A DNA stretch of 64,000 nt from an uncultured Candidatus Saccharibacteria bacterium (GCA_964389975.1 CAYMGJ010000001.1:22240-86239); one strand, 5' to 3'; shown: positions 8,744 to 19,561, counted from the stretch's first letter. Made by a program: numbers and translations. The notes: generated by a model from the letters alone, not told the origin.

Positions 8744-10762
8744 ATGTCATTGTTTCAGATATCACAAGATATGGCACCTGCAGGTGATCAGCCAAAGGCT
8801 ATTAAAGGACTCACCGAAGGGCTCTCAAAGGGTTTGAAGAAACAAACTCTTTTTGGCGTTACAGGATCGGGTAAAACATTTACCATGGCAAATGTCATTG
8901 CACAGCATGGTAAACCAACTCTTGTGATCGCTCATAACAAAACTCTTGCTGCACAGCTTGCTCAAGAATATCGAGAGTTTTTTCCTCATAATGCTGTTCA
9001 CTATTTCGTCTCATATTATGACTACTATCAACCTGAAGCATATATGCCCGTCACGGATACGTATATAGAGAAGGAGGCAATGATTAATGAAGAAATTGAA
9101 CGTCTTCGCCATGCCTCAACCCAGGCTCTCCTTACAAGAAAAGATGTTATCATCGTTGCTTCAGTATCTTGTATTTATGGTCTTGGTTCTCCTGTTGAAT
9201 ATGAAAAAGTAAATTTAAAGCTTGGAAAGGGACTAGAAATCCCTCGTGCTGAACTGATTCGCAAGCTCATCGATATACATTTTGAACGAACAACAACTGA
9301 TCTAAGTGCTGGTCAGTTCAGAGCTCTTGGGAATATGATTGAAATTATGCCGGTTAATGAAAGAACAATCTATCGTATTGAGTACGAAGGTAGTGTCATT
9401 TCAGATATCATTGAACTTGATCCTGTTACCATGGCTGTGCGTACCACACATACTGTCATCTTCCTTTTTCCTGCAAAGCACTTCATTAGTACTGATGAGC
9501 AATCAAAGAAAGCGTTTGAGAGTATAAAGAAGGAATTGGAGGGACGATTAAAGGAATTGGAAAAGGCGGGTAAGAATCTTGAGGCTGAGCGTTTGAAACG
9601 TCGAGTGAAGTACGATCTCGCTCTCATTCGTGAAGTTGGGTATTGTAATGGTATTGAAAACTACTCACGTCATTTCTCTGGCAAGAAATCAGGAGAAGCA
9701 CCTGATACTCTTCTTTCATATTTCCCCCATAAGAAGGATGGCAGTCCTGATTTCCTTACCGTTATCGATGAATCTCATGTGTCCGTACCGCAATTGGGAG
9801 GTATGTTTGCTGGAGATGCATCACGTAAAGAGACTCTTGTAGAGTTTGGTTTTAGACTTCCTTCTGCAAAAGACAATCGACCATTGAAATTTGAAGAATT
9901 CGAAGAAAGGGTTGGACAAGTTATCTACACCACCGCTACACCAGGAAAGTTTGAGAAGGAGCATAGTGAAAATATTGTAGAACAGATCATTCGCCCTACA
10001 GGTCTCATTGATCCTGTCATTGAGGTACGACCTGTTGCGGAGAAGGGGACATATGTTGGTCAGATCTTTGACTTCATTGCTGAAGCTGAGAAAGTCATAC
10101 GCCAAGGCGATCGAGTTATCGCCACCACCCTTACCAAGAAAATGGCAGAAGATTTAAGTGAATTTCTTAAGGACAAGGGGATAAAGGCGGAATATTTGCA
10201 TAGTGATATTAAAACCATTGACCGTATTACCATCCTTACTGATTTTAGAAAGGGAAAATTTGATGTACTTGTAGGGGTTAATCTCCTACGAGAAGGACTT
10301 GATCTTCCTGAAGTTTCACTCATTGGGATTCTTGATGCAGACAAAGCTGGTTTTCTTCGTTCTGAAACCTCCCTCATTCAGATCATTGGACGTGCTGCAC
10401 GAAATATCAATGGACGTGTCATCCTCTATGCTGATGTTATGAATGATGCTCTTCGCTATGCGATGAGTGAGACAGAACGTCGTCGCAAGATTCAAATGGA
10501 TTACAATACCAAACATGGTATTACTCCAAAGACAATCATCAAGAAGATTCAAGATATTACCGATCAACTTAAAACCGATCATGATAAAGCAGTGGCAGAA
10601 TTGATGAGAATTGATGAAGACATGCTTAAGGTTAATCCAAAGAAACTCCTTAAAGACAAGGAACAACAGATGAATGAAGCTGTGAAGGTTCTTGATTTTG
10701 AAACTGCCGCTATTCTCCGTGATGAAATTACTGAAATCAAGAAGAGGGTAGACGTTGAATAG
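8744..10762 (+). CDS. uvrB: excinuclease ABC subunit B
   Basis: GSGKTFTMANVIAQ Walker A, helicase motifs, C-terminal UVR domain; 672 aa. Confidence 0.95.
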   Translation: MSLFQISQDMAPAGDQPKAIKGLTEGLSKGLKKQTLFGVTGSGKTFTMANVIAQHGKPTLVIAHNKTLAAQLAQEYREFFPHNAVHYFVSYYDYYQPEAYMPVTDTYIEKEAMINEEIERLRHASTQALLTRKDVIIVASVSCIYGLGSPVEYEKVNLKLGKGLEIPRAELIRKLIDIHFERTTTDLSAGQFRALGNMIEIMPVNERTIYRIEYEGSVISDIIELDPVTMAVRTTHTVIFLFPAKHFISTDEQSKKAFESIKKELEGRLKELEKAGKNLEAERLKRRVKYDLALIREVGYCNGIENYSRHFSGKKSGEAPDTLLSYFPHKKDGSPDFLTVIDESHVSVPQLGGMFAGDASRKETLVEFGFRLPSAKDNRPLKFEEFEERVGQVIYTTATPGKFEKEHSENIVEQIIRPTGLIDPVIEVRPVAEKGTYVGQIFDFIAEAEKVIRQGDRVIATTLTKKMAEDLSEFLKDKGIKAEYLHSDIKTIDRITILTDFRKGKFDVLVGVNLLREGLDLPEVSLIGILDADKAGFLRSETSLIQIIGRAARNINGRVILYADVMNDALRYAMSETERRRKIQMDYNTKHGITPKTIIKKIQDITDQLKTDHDKAVAELMRIDEDMLKVNPKKLLKDKEQQMNEAVKVLDFETAAILRDEITEIKKRVDVE

Positions 10763-10831
10763 TTTGTGTGGTATATATAGTTTTAGAGAAATAGTTTTCA
10801 AAAACAACAAAAACACAACACAAGGAAACGT

Positions 10832-11146
10832 ATGAACTTTAGTAGTTTGATTGCTCTTTATCGTCAGAACAGGGAGCGTTTAGAGGGCAAGATGGATTGG
10901 GCTGTATTTTATCAGGGAAATCTGTATGTACCTCTCTCGATCCCACCACATGTGACATCTCTAAATGACTCTCAGGCGGTATTGGATTATCTTTCATCCT
11001 GCTGGGGTACAAAGATTGATGCAAGTAGTGCTTCAGTTGGGTACGTGGAGGATACCCAAGGGTACTTCTGTTTCTCTCCGGGATCCAACTATCTACAATC
11101 CGATCATCGAATGTACATTCATTGGTCGAGGATTATCTGGGTATAA
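10832..11146 (+). CDS. hypothetical protein (104 aa), GC-shifted
   Basis: AAGGAAA RBS 4 nt before ATG; followed by 9-bp perfect hairpin at 11166-11190. Confidence 0.4.
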   Translation: MNFSSLIALYRQNRERLEGKMDWAVFYQGNLYVPLSIPPHVTSLNDSQAVLDYLSSCWGTKIDASSASVGYVEDTQGYFCFSPGSNYLQSDHRMYIHWSRIIWV

Positions 11147-11246
11147 GCTCATTCCGTTCAATCACACCGCAAGGCTCACCACCTTGCGGTATTTCGTATG
11201 GTGGAAAACTAACCTTGCTTCACATGAGGTGTGATATAATAGTTGC

Positions 11247-12041
11247 ATGAAAGAAATTGTTCTCATTGCTTTAAGTGACACTACACTTGCAACCCATATC
11301 TCAGAAAATCTTGAAGAACATGGGTATGAAGTTGTTTTAGCAGAAGATGGTAATGATGCACTTACAAAGATGAGAGAACTTCTCCCTTCTCTCGTCCTCA
11401 TTGATACACACCTTACGGGCATGGATGGATATAGTGTTCTTCATGAGAAGAGTTTTGATAAACATATAACTAAAATTCCTGTCGTTATCATTTCAAACTC
11501 AGGAAATCCTGTTCAAATGCATCGTATTCCCTCAACACCTACCATTCGTGACTATATAATCAAGACACATATAGAACCAAGTGAAGTTCTTCAGAAGGTA
11601 AGTCTCATCATTGGTAATTCTTCAGGAAATGAACTCGATGCAAATTCAAAAGGAGAACCAGTTAAGGCATCGAAAGGGAAGATAATATTATGGGTAGAAG
11701 ATGATAATCTTCTCAGTAATATTTTGTCGAAAAAGTTTGAAAGTTCTGGATATGAACTCGTTAAAGCAAAGGATGGAGATGAAGCTCTTCGTAAAGTTGA
11801 TGCACACTCTCCTGACATTATCATTCTCGACATTCTCCTTCCTGGTATGACAGGTTTTGAAATACTTCAAAAAATACGCATGAAAGAACATCTTAAGAAA
11901 GTTCCTGTTATGATGCTTTCAAATATGAGTAAGGAGAGTGATATAGAGAAGGCAAAAACTCTTGGTGCTCAGAGATTTGTGGTAAAGGCTGCGGTATCTC
12001 TCGATGAGATAATACGAGAAGTAGAAGCACTCATACGGTAA
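11247..12041 (+). CDS. response regulator with two receiver (REC) domains and no output domain
   Basis: Two CheY-like segments (LIDTHLTGMDG; ILDILLPGMTGFE) each with a conserved Asp and Lys. Confidence 0.8.
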   Translation: MKEIVLIALSDTTLATHISENLEEHGYEVVLAEDGNDALTKMRELLPSLVLIDTHLTGMDGYSVLHEKSFDKHITKIPVVIISNSGNPVQMHRIPSTPTIRDYIIKTHIEPSEVLQKVSLIIGNSSGNELDANSKGEPVKASKGKIILWVEDDNLLSNILSKKFESSGYELVKAKDGDEALRKVDAHSPDIIILDILLPGMTGFEILQKIRMKEHLKKVPVMMLSNMSKESDIEKAKTLGAQRFVVKAAVSLDEIIREVEALIR

Positions 12042-12089
12042 TATCTTTACCCAGCTCTCATAATCTGGTATAGTTATAGCCATTTATAT

Positions 12090-14693
12090 ATGGCAAAACC
12101 CACAAAAAAAACATCACATGAATCTGAGAAGATCATTGTAAAAGGAGCTCGTACACATAATCTCAAGAATATAACGGTTGAGATGCCTCGCAATACCATG
12201 ATTGCCATTACTGGTCTCTCTGGATCAGGGAAATCTTCCCTTGCTTTTGATACCATTTTTGCTGAAGGACAGAGACGCTATGTTGAGTCTCTTTCTTCAT
12301 ATGCTCGTCAGTTCTTGAAGCAAATGCAAAAGCCTGATGTTGATGAGATTGTTGGACTATCTCCTGCCATTTCAATTGATCAGAAATCACGATCGAATAA
12401 CCCTCGATCAACCGTTGCAACAATTACTGAGATCTATGACTATCTCCGTATTCTCTTTGCTCGCGTAGGTAAACCTCATTGTCTTACCTGTGGTCGAGTC
12501 ATTCACCGTATTTCAAAGGAAGAAATACTCACCACCATACTTGGTCAAATATCTCTTCATACGAAAGGAGGAAAGAAAGTTATGGGTGTTGAACTCAATG
12601 AAGACAAGGTTCGTGTATATGCTCCTGTTATCGTTGGACGAAAAGGTGAATACTATCAACTTCTCTATGATCTTCTTGGTAAGGGATATGACAAGGTGAA
12701 GGTTGATGGAAAGGTTATGAGACTTCGAGAACAAATCATTCTCGACAAGAACAAGAAGCATGATATTGATGTGCTTGTTGATGAACTTTTCTTAAGTGAA
12801 TTTAAGGACAAGAAACAATCAGAAAATGCACGGGAACGTCTTTCTGAAGCTCTTGAGAAAGCAATTGAAGAAGCTCAGGGACTTATAAAAATAGAGTTTG
12901 AGCAGGGAGGTGAGATTGAGGAAAAACTCATGTCAATTAAGTTTATGTGTCCCTATGATGGTTTTTCATATCCTGAAATTGAACCTCGTCTCTTCTCTTT
13001 CAATTCTCCATATGGTGCTTGTGCTACGTGTAATGGACTTGGAACTCGAGAGTTCTTTAGTAACGAAGCATGTCCAACATGTAAGGGAGCACGTCTTCGT
13101 GATGAGGCTTTGTATGTAAAAATTGGTGAGAAGAATATTGTTGAAACAACTCATCTCTCAATTGAAAAGGCTCAAGCTTTCTTTGAAGAACTTGAATTGA
13201 CTGATACCGAAAGAGAGATTGCAAAAGTTGTTTTACGTGAGATTGAATCCCGACTCCAGTTTATGATCAATGTAGGTATTGATTACCTCACCCTTGATCG
13301 TCGGGCCCATACTCTCTCAGGTGGTGAAGCCCAGCGTATTCGTCTTGCTTCACAGCTTGGTAGTGGACTTGTTGGCGCACTCTATGTTCTTGATGAACCT
13401 ACCATCGGACTTCATCAGCGTGACAATGATCGCCTCATTAAGACCCTTACGTCTCTTCGAGACCTCGGTAATACCATTGTGGTTGTTGAACATGATGAGG
13501 ATACTATGTATGCCTCTGATTATATTATCGATATCGGTCCGGGAGCAGGGGTTCATGGAGGGAATGTGGTAGTTTCAGGATATCTTGAAGATCTCCTTAC
13601 CGCTAAGACAAATCCATCAAACTCTCTCACTCTCGCATATCTTCGAGGAGAGAAGAAGATTCAAATTCCTGAAAAACGTCGTGAACCTAAGGGAAAGATT
13701 ATGATCCGTGGAGGTAATATATTTAATATCAAAGACTTACATGCAGATATTCCTCTCGGATGTCTCAATGTCATTACAGGGGTATCAGGTTCAGGAAAAT
13801 CTTCTTTTATGTACGAGATTCTTCACAAGAATCTTCAGGCACGTCTCGAGTTTAGACATCGAACAGCTCAGGTATTCAATTGTGATTCATTTACAGGAAC
13901 TGAATATCTCGGAAGAACAATTCTCATTGATCAGAGTGCAATTGGAAGAACTCCACGATCAAATCCCGTAACATATACAGGCGCATGGCAGCATATACGA
14001 GATCTCTTTGCTGCATCTGCAGAAGCTCGTGCACATGGTTGGGGACCTGGACGTTTCTCATTTAATGTAAAGGGAGGACGCTGTGAAGCATGTCAGGGTA
14101 ATGGAGAAATTGCAGTTGAAATGCATTTCCTCCCTACTGTATATGTATCATGTGAGGTGTGTGGTGGAAAACGATTTACAAAAGAAACTCTTGAAGTTAA
14201 GTACAAGGGAAAGAATGTGCATGAAATTCTTCACCTTACCGTAGAAGAGGGTCTCGCATTTTTTGAAGATATTCCTGCAGTATATGATCGTCTCAAGACA
14301 CTTGAAGAAGTTGGACTTGGATATCTTAAACTCGGGCAATCAGCAACGACTCTTTCAGGTGGTGAGGCACAGCGTGTAAAGATATCATCTGAACTCTATC
14401 GAGCTCATCTTCAGAAAACTATATACCTTCTTGATGAACCTACCGTTGGTCTCCATTATGAAGATGTGCGTAAACTCATTGAAATTCTCGAGAGACTTGT
14501 ACAGAAGGGAAATACTGTTGTTGTCATTGAGCACAATCTTGATCTCATTAAATGTGCTGATTATGTTATCGATATCGGACCTCTTGGCGGTGAGAAAGGT
14601 GGTAAGATTGTAGCAAAGGGTACTCCTGAAGATGTTGCTCGGAATGAAAAATCATTTACAGGAATGTATCTCAAGAAAATTTTGAAGAAATAG
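12090..14693 (+). CDS. uvrA: excinuclease ABC subunit A
   Basis: Two ABC ATPase modules ([14 protein letters not shown]; [13 protein letters not shown]), zinc-finger cysteines, LSGGEAQR signatures; 867 aa. Confidence 0.95.
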   Translation: MAKPTKKTSHESEKIIVKGARTHNLKNITVEMPRNTMIAITGLSGSGKSSLAFDTIFAEGQRRYVESLSSYARQFLKQMQKPDVDEIVGLSPAISIDQKSRSNNPRSTVATITEIYDYLRILFARVGKPHCLTCGRVIHRISKEEILTTILGQISLHTKGGKKVMGVELNEDKVRVYAPVIVGRKGEYYQLLYDLLGKGYDKVKVDGKVMRLREQIILDKNKKHDIDVLVDELFLSEFKDKKQSENARERLSEALEKAIEEAQGLIKIEFEQGGEIEEKLMSIKFMCPYDGFSYPEIEPRLFSFNSPYGACATCNGLGTREFFSNEACPTCKGARLRDEALYVKIGEKNIVETTHLSIEKAQAFFEELELTDTEREIAKVVLREIESRLQFMINVGIDYLTLDRRAHTLSGGEAQRIRLASQLGSGLVGALYVLDEPTIGLHQRDNDRLIKTLTSLRDLGNTIVVVEHDEDTMYASDYIIDIGPGAGVHGGNVVVSGYLEDLLTAKTNPSNSLTLAYLRGEKKIQIPEKRREPKGKIMIRGGNIFNIKDLHADIPLGCLNVITGVSGSGKSSFMYEILHKNLQARLEFRHRTAQVFNCDSFTGTEYLGRTILIDQSAIGRTPRSNPVTYTGAWQHIRDLFAASAEARAHGWGPGRFSFNVKGGRCEACQGNGEIAVEMHFLPTVYVSCEVCGGKRFTKETLEVKYKGKNVHEILHLTVEEGLAFFEDIPAVYDRLKTLEEVGLGYLKLGQSATTLSGGEAQRVKISSELYRAHLQKTIYLLDEPTVGLHYEDVRKLIEILERLVQKGNTVVVIEHNLDLIKCADYVIDIGPLGGEKGGKIVAKGTPEDVARNEKSFTGMYLKKILKK

Positions 14694-14695
14694 GT

Positions 14696-15901
14696 ATGAA
14701 GAAGAGTGAACTTACACATCTCCCCCAAGCTCCGGGAGTATATTTCTTTCGAGATGCAGACAACAATATTCTGTATATTGGACGTGCAACCTCACTTAAG
14801 GATCGTGTTTTAAGCTACTTCTCATCTGATCTCATAGTAACTCGAGGTCCACTCCTTGTTGATATGGTGACAAAGGCCCACACGGTGACCTCTGTACAAA
14901 CCGATTCAGTTCTTGAAGCCATTATCATGGAAAGTCGGGAGATAAAGAGATGGTTACCATATTACAATACTAAAGAGAAGGATAATCGAAGCTATAACTT
15001 TGTTGTCATTACTGATGAAGATTTCCCTCGTGTTGTCATTGTTCGAGGCAGGGAATTAGACAAGCTCAATGAGGAGGAATTAAAGTTCAAGGTTAAGTAT
15101 CAATTTGGTCCATTTCCTCAGGGGAATCTCTTGAAAGATGCGCTTAAGATATTACGTAAAATATTTCCTTTTCGTGATGAAAAGGCTCGCATACCTCATC
15201 AAAACTCTTTCTATCAATCCCTCGGACTTGCCCCTAAGACTGATACTCTAGAGGATCAGAAGAAGTATGCCCTTACCATACGTAATCTCGTACTCTTCTT
15301 TGAGGGAAAGAAGCAGGAATTGATTACTACTCTCGAGAAAGATATGAATACATATGCAGATAATCAAGAGTTTGAAGAAGCTCAGCGTGTAAGGAACACC
15401 TTGTATGCATTGACTCATATTCAGGATGTTTCGCTCATTAAAGAAGATACTCCTCGTGGTCGGGAAGGATTTCGCATTGAGGCATATGATATTGCTCATA
15501 TGGCTGGTAAAAGTACGGTAGGGGTTATGACGGTTGTCACGGGAGGAGAACCTGAGAAGAGTCAGTACAAGAAGTTTAAGATATCAAAAGATGTGAATGA
15601 TGATGTCGGGGCTCTCAGAGAAGTACTTACCCGACGCTTCTCTCATCCAGAATGGAGATTTCCTGATCTCATTGTTATCGATGGTGGTGTGTCTCAGAAA
15701 AATGCTGCAGAAAGTATTGTACATGGTATACCTCTCGTAACAGTGGTAAAGAATGATGCTCATAAGCCTGATCATTTCTTGGGAGATGAATCTATGATAC
15801 GTGATCATGGACCTGCAATATTGCTTGCAAACTATGAAGCTCATCGTTTTGCCATCGCATATCACAAGAAACTTAGAAGCAAGAAATTTTTTGGTGTATA
15901 A
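14696..15901 (+). CDS. uvrC: excinuclease ABC subunit C, short form lacking C-terminal HhH domain
   Basis: GIY-YIG (GVYFFRDADNNILYIGRATSLKDR), UVR domain (EEAQRVRNTLYAL), RNase H-like endonuclease segment (RIEAYDIAHMAG); only 401 aa. Confidence 0.8.
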   Translation: MKKSELTHLPQAPGVYFFRDADNNILYIGRATSLKDRVLSYFSSDLIVTRGPLLVDMVTKAHTVTSVQTDSVLEAIIMESREIKRWLPYYNTKEKDNRSYNFVVITDEDFPRVVIVRGRELDKLNEEELKFKVKYQFGPFPQGNLLKDALKILRKIFPFRDEKARIPHQNSFYQSLGLAPKTDTLEDQKKYALTIRNLVLFFEGKKQELITTLEKDMNTYADNQEFEEAQRVRNTLYALTHIQDVSLIKEDTPRGREGFRIEAYDIAHMAGKSTVGVMTVVTGGEPEKSQYKKFKISKDVNDDVGALREVLTRRFSHPEWRFPDLIVIDGGVSQKNAAESIVHGIPLVTVVKNDAHKPDHFLGDESMIRDHGPAILLANYEAHRFAIAYHKKLRSKKFFGV

Positions 15902-15909
15902 TATACCTC

Positions 15910-16878
15910 ATGCATACAGTACGTGTTGGAGTTTTACGTGGAGGTCCAAGTGATGAATATGAAGTCTCACTTCAAACAGGTGCGACTGTTTTGAAACATA
16001 TACCACAGTCGAAATATACTGTTCGAGATATTCTTGTTGATAAGCAGGGTATATGGCATGTTGCTGGTGTACCCACACTACCTCACGAAGCACTCAATCA
16101 TGTTGATGTTGTGTTCAATGCTCTCCATGGATATTACGGTGAAGATGGAAAGGTGCAACATATACTCGAGACTCATAAGATTCCTTTTACAGGGTCCACA
16201 TCCATACCTTCAAGTATTGGTATGAACAAGGTTATGAGCAAGGAGGTGTTCAAGAATGCAGGTATTAAGTCACCTCTTCATAAGGTTGTGACCATTTCAT
16301 CATTGAATGAAGATGAGATATATACTCTTTTCAAAACATTTACATTACCTTTCATTGTAAAACCAGCTTCAAGTGGTTCATCTGTGGGTGTTTCTGTTGT
16401 AAGGGATTTTGAATCATTTCCTCTCGCTCTTGAAAAGGCTTTTCAATATGATGATGCTGTACTTGTAGAAGAGTATATATCAGGAAGGGAAGCAACATGT
16501 GGAGTGATTGATGGATATCGAGATCATGATATATATGTCTTACCTCCAATTGAAATACGTACACCTAAGGGGCATTTCTTTGATTTTGATTTGAAATACA
16601 AGGGTGGTATTGAAGAAATTGTACCAGGCAATTTTACTGAACATGAGAAAAAGGAATTAGAGAGAATGGCTAAGGAGGCGCATAAGGCTCTCGGTTTGCG
16701 AGACTATTCTCGATCAGATTTCATCATACATCCACGACGGGGAATATTCATTCTTGAAACAAATACCTTACCAGGACTTACTGAATCATCCCTTATCCCA
16801 AAAGCATTACATGCTGTTGGTGCACCTCTCCATCATTTTATCGATCATATTCTTGAGCTTGCATTACAGCGAAAATGA
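15910..16878 (+). CDS. ddl: D-alanine--D-alanine ligase
   Basis: VGVLRGGPSDEYEVSLQTG N-terminus and ATP-grasp motifs; 322 aa. Confidence 0.85.
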   Translation: MHTVRVGVLRGGPSDEYEVSLQTGATVLKHIPQSKYTVRDILVDKQGIWHVAGVPTLPHEALNHVDVVFNALHGYYGEDGKVQHILETHKIPFTGSTSIPSSIGMNKVMSKEVFKNAGIKSPLHKVVTISSLNEDEIYTLFKTFTLPFIVKPASSGSSVGVSVVRDFESFPLALEKAFQYDDAVLVEEYISGREATCGVIDGYRDHDIYVLPPIEIRTPKGHFFDFDLKYKGGIEEIVPGNFTEHEKKELERMAKEAHKALGLRDYSRSDFIIHPRRGIFILETNTLPGLTESSLIPKALHAVGAPLHHFIDHILELALQRK

Positions 16879-16905
16879 GGTAGAATGATTCAATTGAAAA
16901 ATATT

Positions 16906-16978
16906 GGGCCCGTAGCTCAGTTGGTAGAGCAATCGCTTTGCAAGCGAAAGGTCAGGAGTTCGAATCTCCTCGGGTCCA
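16906..16978 (+). tRNA. tRNA-Ala (anticodon UGC)
   Basis: Cloverleaf: GGGCCCG acceptor stem with G3:U70, D-arm GCUCAGUUGGUAGAGC, anticodon loop UUUGCAA, T-arm GGAGUUCGAAUCUCC; CCA not encoded. Confidence 0.9.
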
Positions 16979-17078
16979 CAACTATTGATTACAATATATA
17001 ATTGTGGTATAAAATATCACAGTTCTTTTATATTATCTACAGGATAGTCATAGCCAAAAGATCTTAATGAATTGAGGT

Positions 17079-17654
17079 TTGTTGGCTATGACTACCCGCA
17101 CTTTGTGGATGTCCTCTAGTATAAACAAGCGAAAACCAAAAGGAAAAAACGCTATGTACTGTAAACAAACAGGAAAACTGCTTGCGCGTGTGGCAGAGTC
17201 TATGCCTCACATGCATTCAGATGCGATGCGACAATGGATCGATAATCCATTAGGACTACAAAGAGTTCTCAAGAGGGCTTTAAATCCTTCTGCGATCATC
17301 CGACCGGCAAATGTGTCGGTTTGGAAAACCAGTTTAGCAAAGGGTGACTTTGCTGCAGTGACGCCCGCACAGCTTGGCTTCGCAAATGGGAATGTGACGG
17401 CTGGAGAGATTTGCGATCGAGCGATTGAAATCAGCTTAGAATATTGCACTAGAGGATCTTTTAATCAGTTGCCAGTACAGGAAGTGAACAACGGTTTGAT
17501 CGTGCTGTTCGAGCCCGTGAGTCCATACGCAAGTCATTGTGGTTATATCGAGTTTTACAAAGGTGAAGAAAACCGCTCGATTAGCGGTCAGTTGAATCTA
17601 AACGAAACTCGGTCTGGCAAAGTTCGCTGGCTCTTCCTCATACCCCCAAAGTAA
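17079..17654 (+). CDS. hypothetical protein (island ORF 1; start may be internal ATG MYCKQ)
   Basis: ORF track; first ORF 3' of tRNA-Ala; terminator immediately downstream. Confidence 0.4.
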   Translation: MLAMTTRTLWMSSSINKRKPKGKNAMYCKQTGKLLARVAESMPHMHSDAMRQWIDNPLGLQRVLKRALNPSAIIRPANVSVWKTSLAKGDFAAVTPAQLGFANGNVTAGEICDRAIEISLEYCTRGSFNQLPVQEVNNGLIVLFEPVSPYASHCGYIEFYKGEENRSISGQLNLNETRSGKVRWLFLIPPK

Positions 17655-17692
17655 AGTTAAATGCTTTTACGATATTTGGTGACCAAATCCTA

Positions 17693-17728
17693 CCCCAAGC
17701 AAGTTCGTTGCTTGGGGTTTTGTGTTTT
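17693..17728 (+). terminator. rho-independent terminator
   Basis: ccccaagcaagttcgttgcttgggg hairpin followed by ttttgtgtttt. Confidence 0.65.
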
Positions 17729-17827
17729 CATATCACCACTCAAATACTTCAAAATATTTCTCAAAATTCCGCATTTGTAAGGGTGAAATGCGAACAACCG
17801 CAGAGTCACATCTGTGGTTTGTCTTTT

Positions 17828-17924
17828 TTATTTCAAAATTTCTTTTAAATACCACACCCCTTCACAAACTGGTTTTAGAAAAGTTAAACTGAGATCCATC
17901 CACAGAAATAGCCCTATAAATAGG
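17828..17924. repeat. 97-bp direct repeat, copy 1 (island intergenic repeat)
   Basis: ttatttcaaaatttcttttaaataccacacc...atccacagaaatagccct; ~96% identical to 19441-19538. Confidence 0.85.
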
Positions 17925-18097
17925 CAAGAGTTGAAACTAACAAGTGATTGCCGGGTTTTTTGAATCTAGGAGAGGTTCGAATTGAAATATTTACAATTAT
18001 TATAATTTATGTTATTATCTAGTCAGAACCGCACCTTGAAAGATGTCGGTTTTTTTCAATTTTCCACAACAATCAACAATCCAAATAGGAGGACCTT

Positions 18098-19270
18098 ATG
18101 TCTCAAAAAAATCAAAACTTTGGAGAGCCTATAGACCGGCTTCTTCGTAGTTACGAAGTTACTATGCAGTTTCTCTCTTTCGTGATTGAAATCTTCACAA
18201 AAGGACAGACAGGTCAGTTTGCTGATCCTTTCTGGAATCGGATCTTAAAAGGTCCAGTCACACATTGGCAAAGTTTTCGAAATTCTTTGCTTAAAGTGCA
18301 CACTGATGGATTTGACGTTGAAAAATACGTTGGACCAACACACAATAGTCATCCTCAAAGTATGAAGGAGTTCGAGTTCACCCAACCACGCTTGGTGGCA
18401 ATGCGTGTTGCTGAGTGGACAAAATCCTCTCGCAGAGTTTACCGTGTGCCAAAGGACCTTCAGTTGCTTTTGGCAGCCACAAGCCTTCAAGGTATCGACT
18501 GGTCAATGATCAAATGGCCTTTCGACTCGTTACTCATCTCTCTCGAGGAGCCACTGGTTTTTGGAGGGAAGACAATCGATGCGATCTTGATTGCCAAAGA
18601 AATTGTTCATGGTCATGAAGTCATGGCTATTGAAACTATTGCTACCGACTTGCCAACTATGGAGTCGGTGTTCATTGGCGATCAGCGTTCGAGGATTAAA
18701 AAAGCAATCCAAAAGGGCGACAAGGTTTCACTGGATTATGCAAAAGAAAAACTTGCATCCGCCGTCAAGAACCGTATGAATGGAGGTGGCAAAATATGGC
18801 TGACAAAAAAAGCCTGTTTTGAACCCGGAGGATTCGCTTCGAAATTTGAAGAACTTGATCTCGGAAAGGCAGATGAAACCTCGGCTTCAAAGGTGATCTT
18901 CAGGATCGTCTTTGGGTTGATGCTCTATCTACAGTCTCGTCCAACAAAGGAACTCATTCCAAAAGGATGGGAGCTGTCAACGTTTGAACGGCGAGAGGGT
19001 CCGAGTCGTGTAATCAGACTTGCATCGGAGGTTTGTGTGGTAAAAAGCATCTACTCACTGACTAGTGCAGAACGAGAGGTGCTTGAGCCAATTCTTCGTG
19101 GTGGTTATGTGGAGATTGCTCCGCATCACCGTGAAGGTCACTGGCGTCGTCCTCCCGGAAAAGGAGATGACCCTAATCATCCAAAGACTGTGTGGGTCTG
19201 TCCGACAATCGTGAGGCGTGACAAACTTGCTGATGGAGGATTGCCTCTTGGAAGCACTGAAGTCGTCTGA
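18098..19270 (+). CDS. hypothetical protein (390 aa; island ORF 2), GC-rich
   Basis: AGGAGG RBS 6 nt before ATG; no recognisable motif; ~50% GC against ~37% flanks. Confidence 0.5.
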   Translation: MSQKNQNFGEPIDRLLRSYEVTMQFLSFVIEIFTKGQTGQFADPFWNRILKGPVTHWQSFRNSLLKVHTDGFDVEKYVGPTHNSHPQSMKEFEFTQPRLVAMRVAEWTKSSRRVYRVPKDLQLLLAATSLQGIDWSMIKWPFDSLLISLEEPLVFGGKTIDAILIAKEIVHGHEVMAIETIATDLPTMESVFIGDQRSRIKKAIQKGDKVSLDYAKEKLASAVKNRMNGGGKIWLTKKACFEPGGFASKFEELDLGKADETSASKVIFRIVFGLMLYLQSRPTKELIPKGWELSTFERREGPSRVIRLASEVCVVKSIYSLTSAEREVLEPILRGGYVEIAPHHREGHWRRPPGKGDDPNHPKTVWVCPTIVRRDKLADGGLPLGSTEVV

Positions 19271-19293
19271 CATCATTCAGTCACAATATTAAC

Positions 19294-19334
19294 AAGCCCC
19301 TTCCATGTTCAATCCGTGGTTGAGGGCTTTTTTA
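19294..19334 (+). terminator. rho-independent terminator
   Basis: aagcccc...gagggcttttttag hairpin + T-run immediately after ORF. Confidence 0.5.
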
Positions 19335-19440
19335 GTTCACGAAAATAAACAAGACCAGATATTGAAACCCCTCGACTGCTTCACAAGCTCCCCGTTACCC
19401 TTGACGAGGTCATTCAGCAACTTGGCGATCTTGTTAATTA

Positions 19441-19538
19441 TTATTTCAAAATTTCTTTTAAATACCACACCACTTCACAAACTGGTTTTAGAAAAGTTAA
19501 ACTGAGATCTATCCACAGAAATAGCCCTAGAAATAAGG
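19441..19538. repeat. 97/98-bp direct repeat, copy 2
   Basis: Near-identical to 17828-17924 (3 substitutions, 1 indel). Confidence 0.85.
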
Positions 19539-19561
19539 GTTATTTTGATATTTAACAAGTA

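Noticed and set aside
10316-10816. 166-aa minus-strand ORF overlapping uvrB 3' end
   Set aside because: Antisense shadow of uvrB; no independent signals
11166-11195. Strong rho-independent terminator after ORF 10832-11146
   Set aside because: A perfect 9-bp hairpin is present but it is followed by atttcg rather than a U-tract; regarded only as a possible weak terminator or structural element
12074-12256. 60-aa minus ORF at uvrA start, plus similar 60-90-aa antisense ORFs within dnaK, leuS, alaS and aspS
   Set aside because: All lie antisense inside strongly supported conserved genes and lack RBS or motifs
17960-17990. Second tRNA gene (contains ggttcgaat)
   Set aside because: No complementary T-stem flanks, and no acceptor, D or anticodon arms can be drawn; kept only as a possible att-like remnant
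17828-19538. Integron attC sites / classical integron cassette array
   Set aside because: The cassette-like layout is suggestive, but the repeats lack the paired R''/L''-L'/R' inverted-core organisation (GTTRRRY/RYYYAAC) and no intI-like integrase gene is nearby
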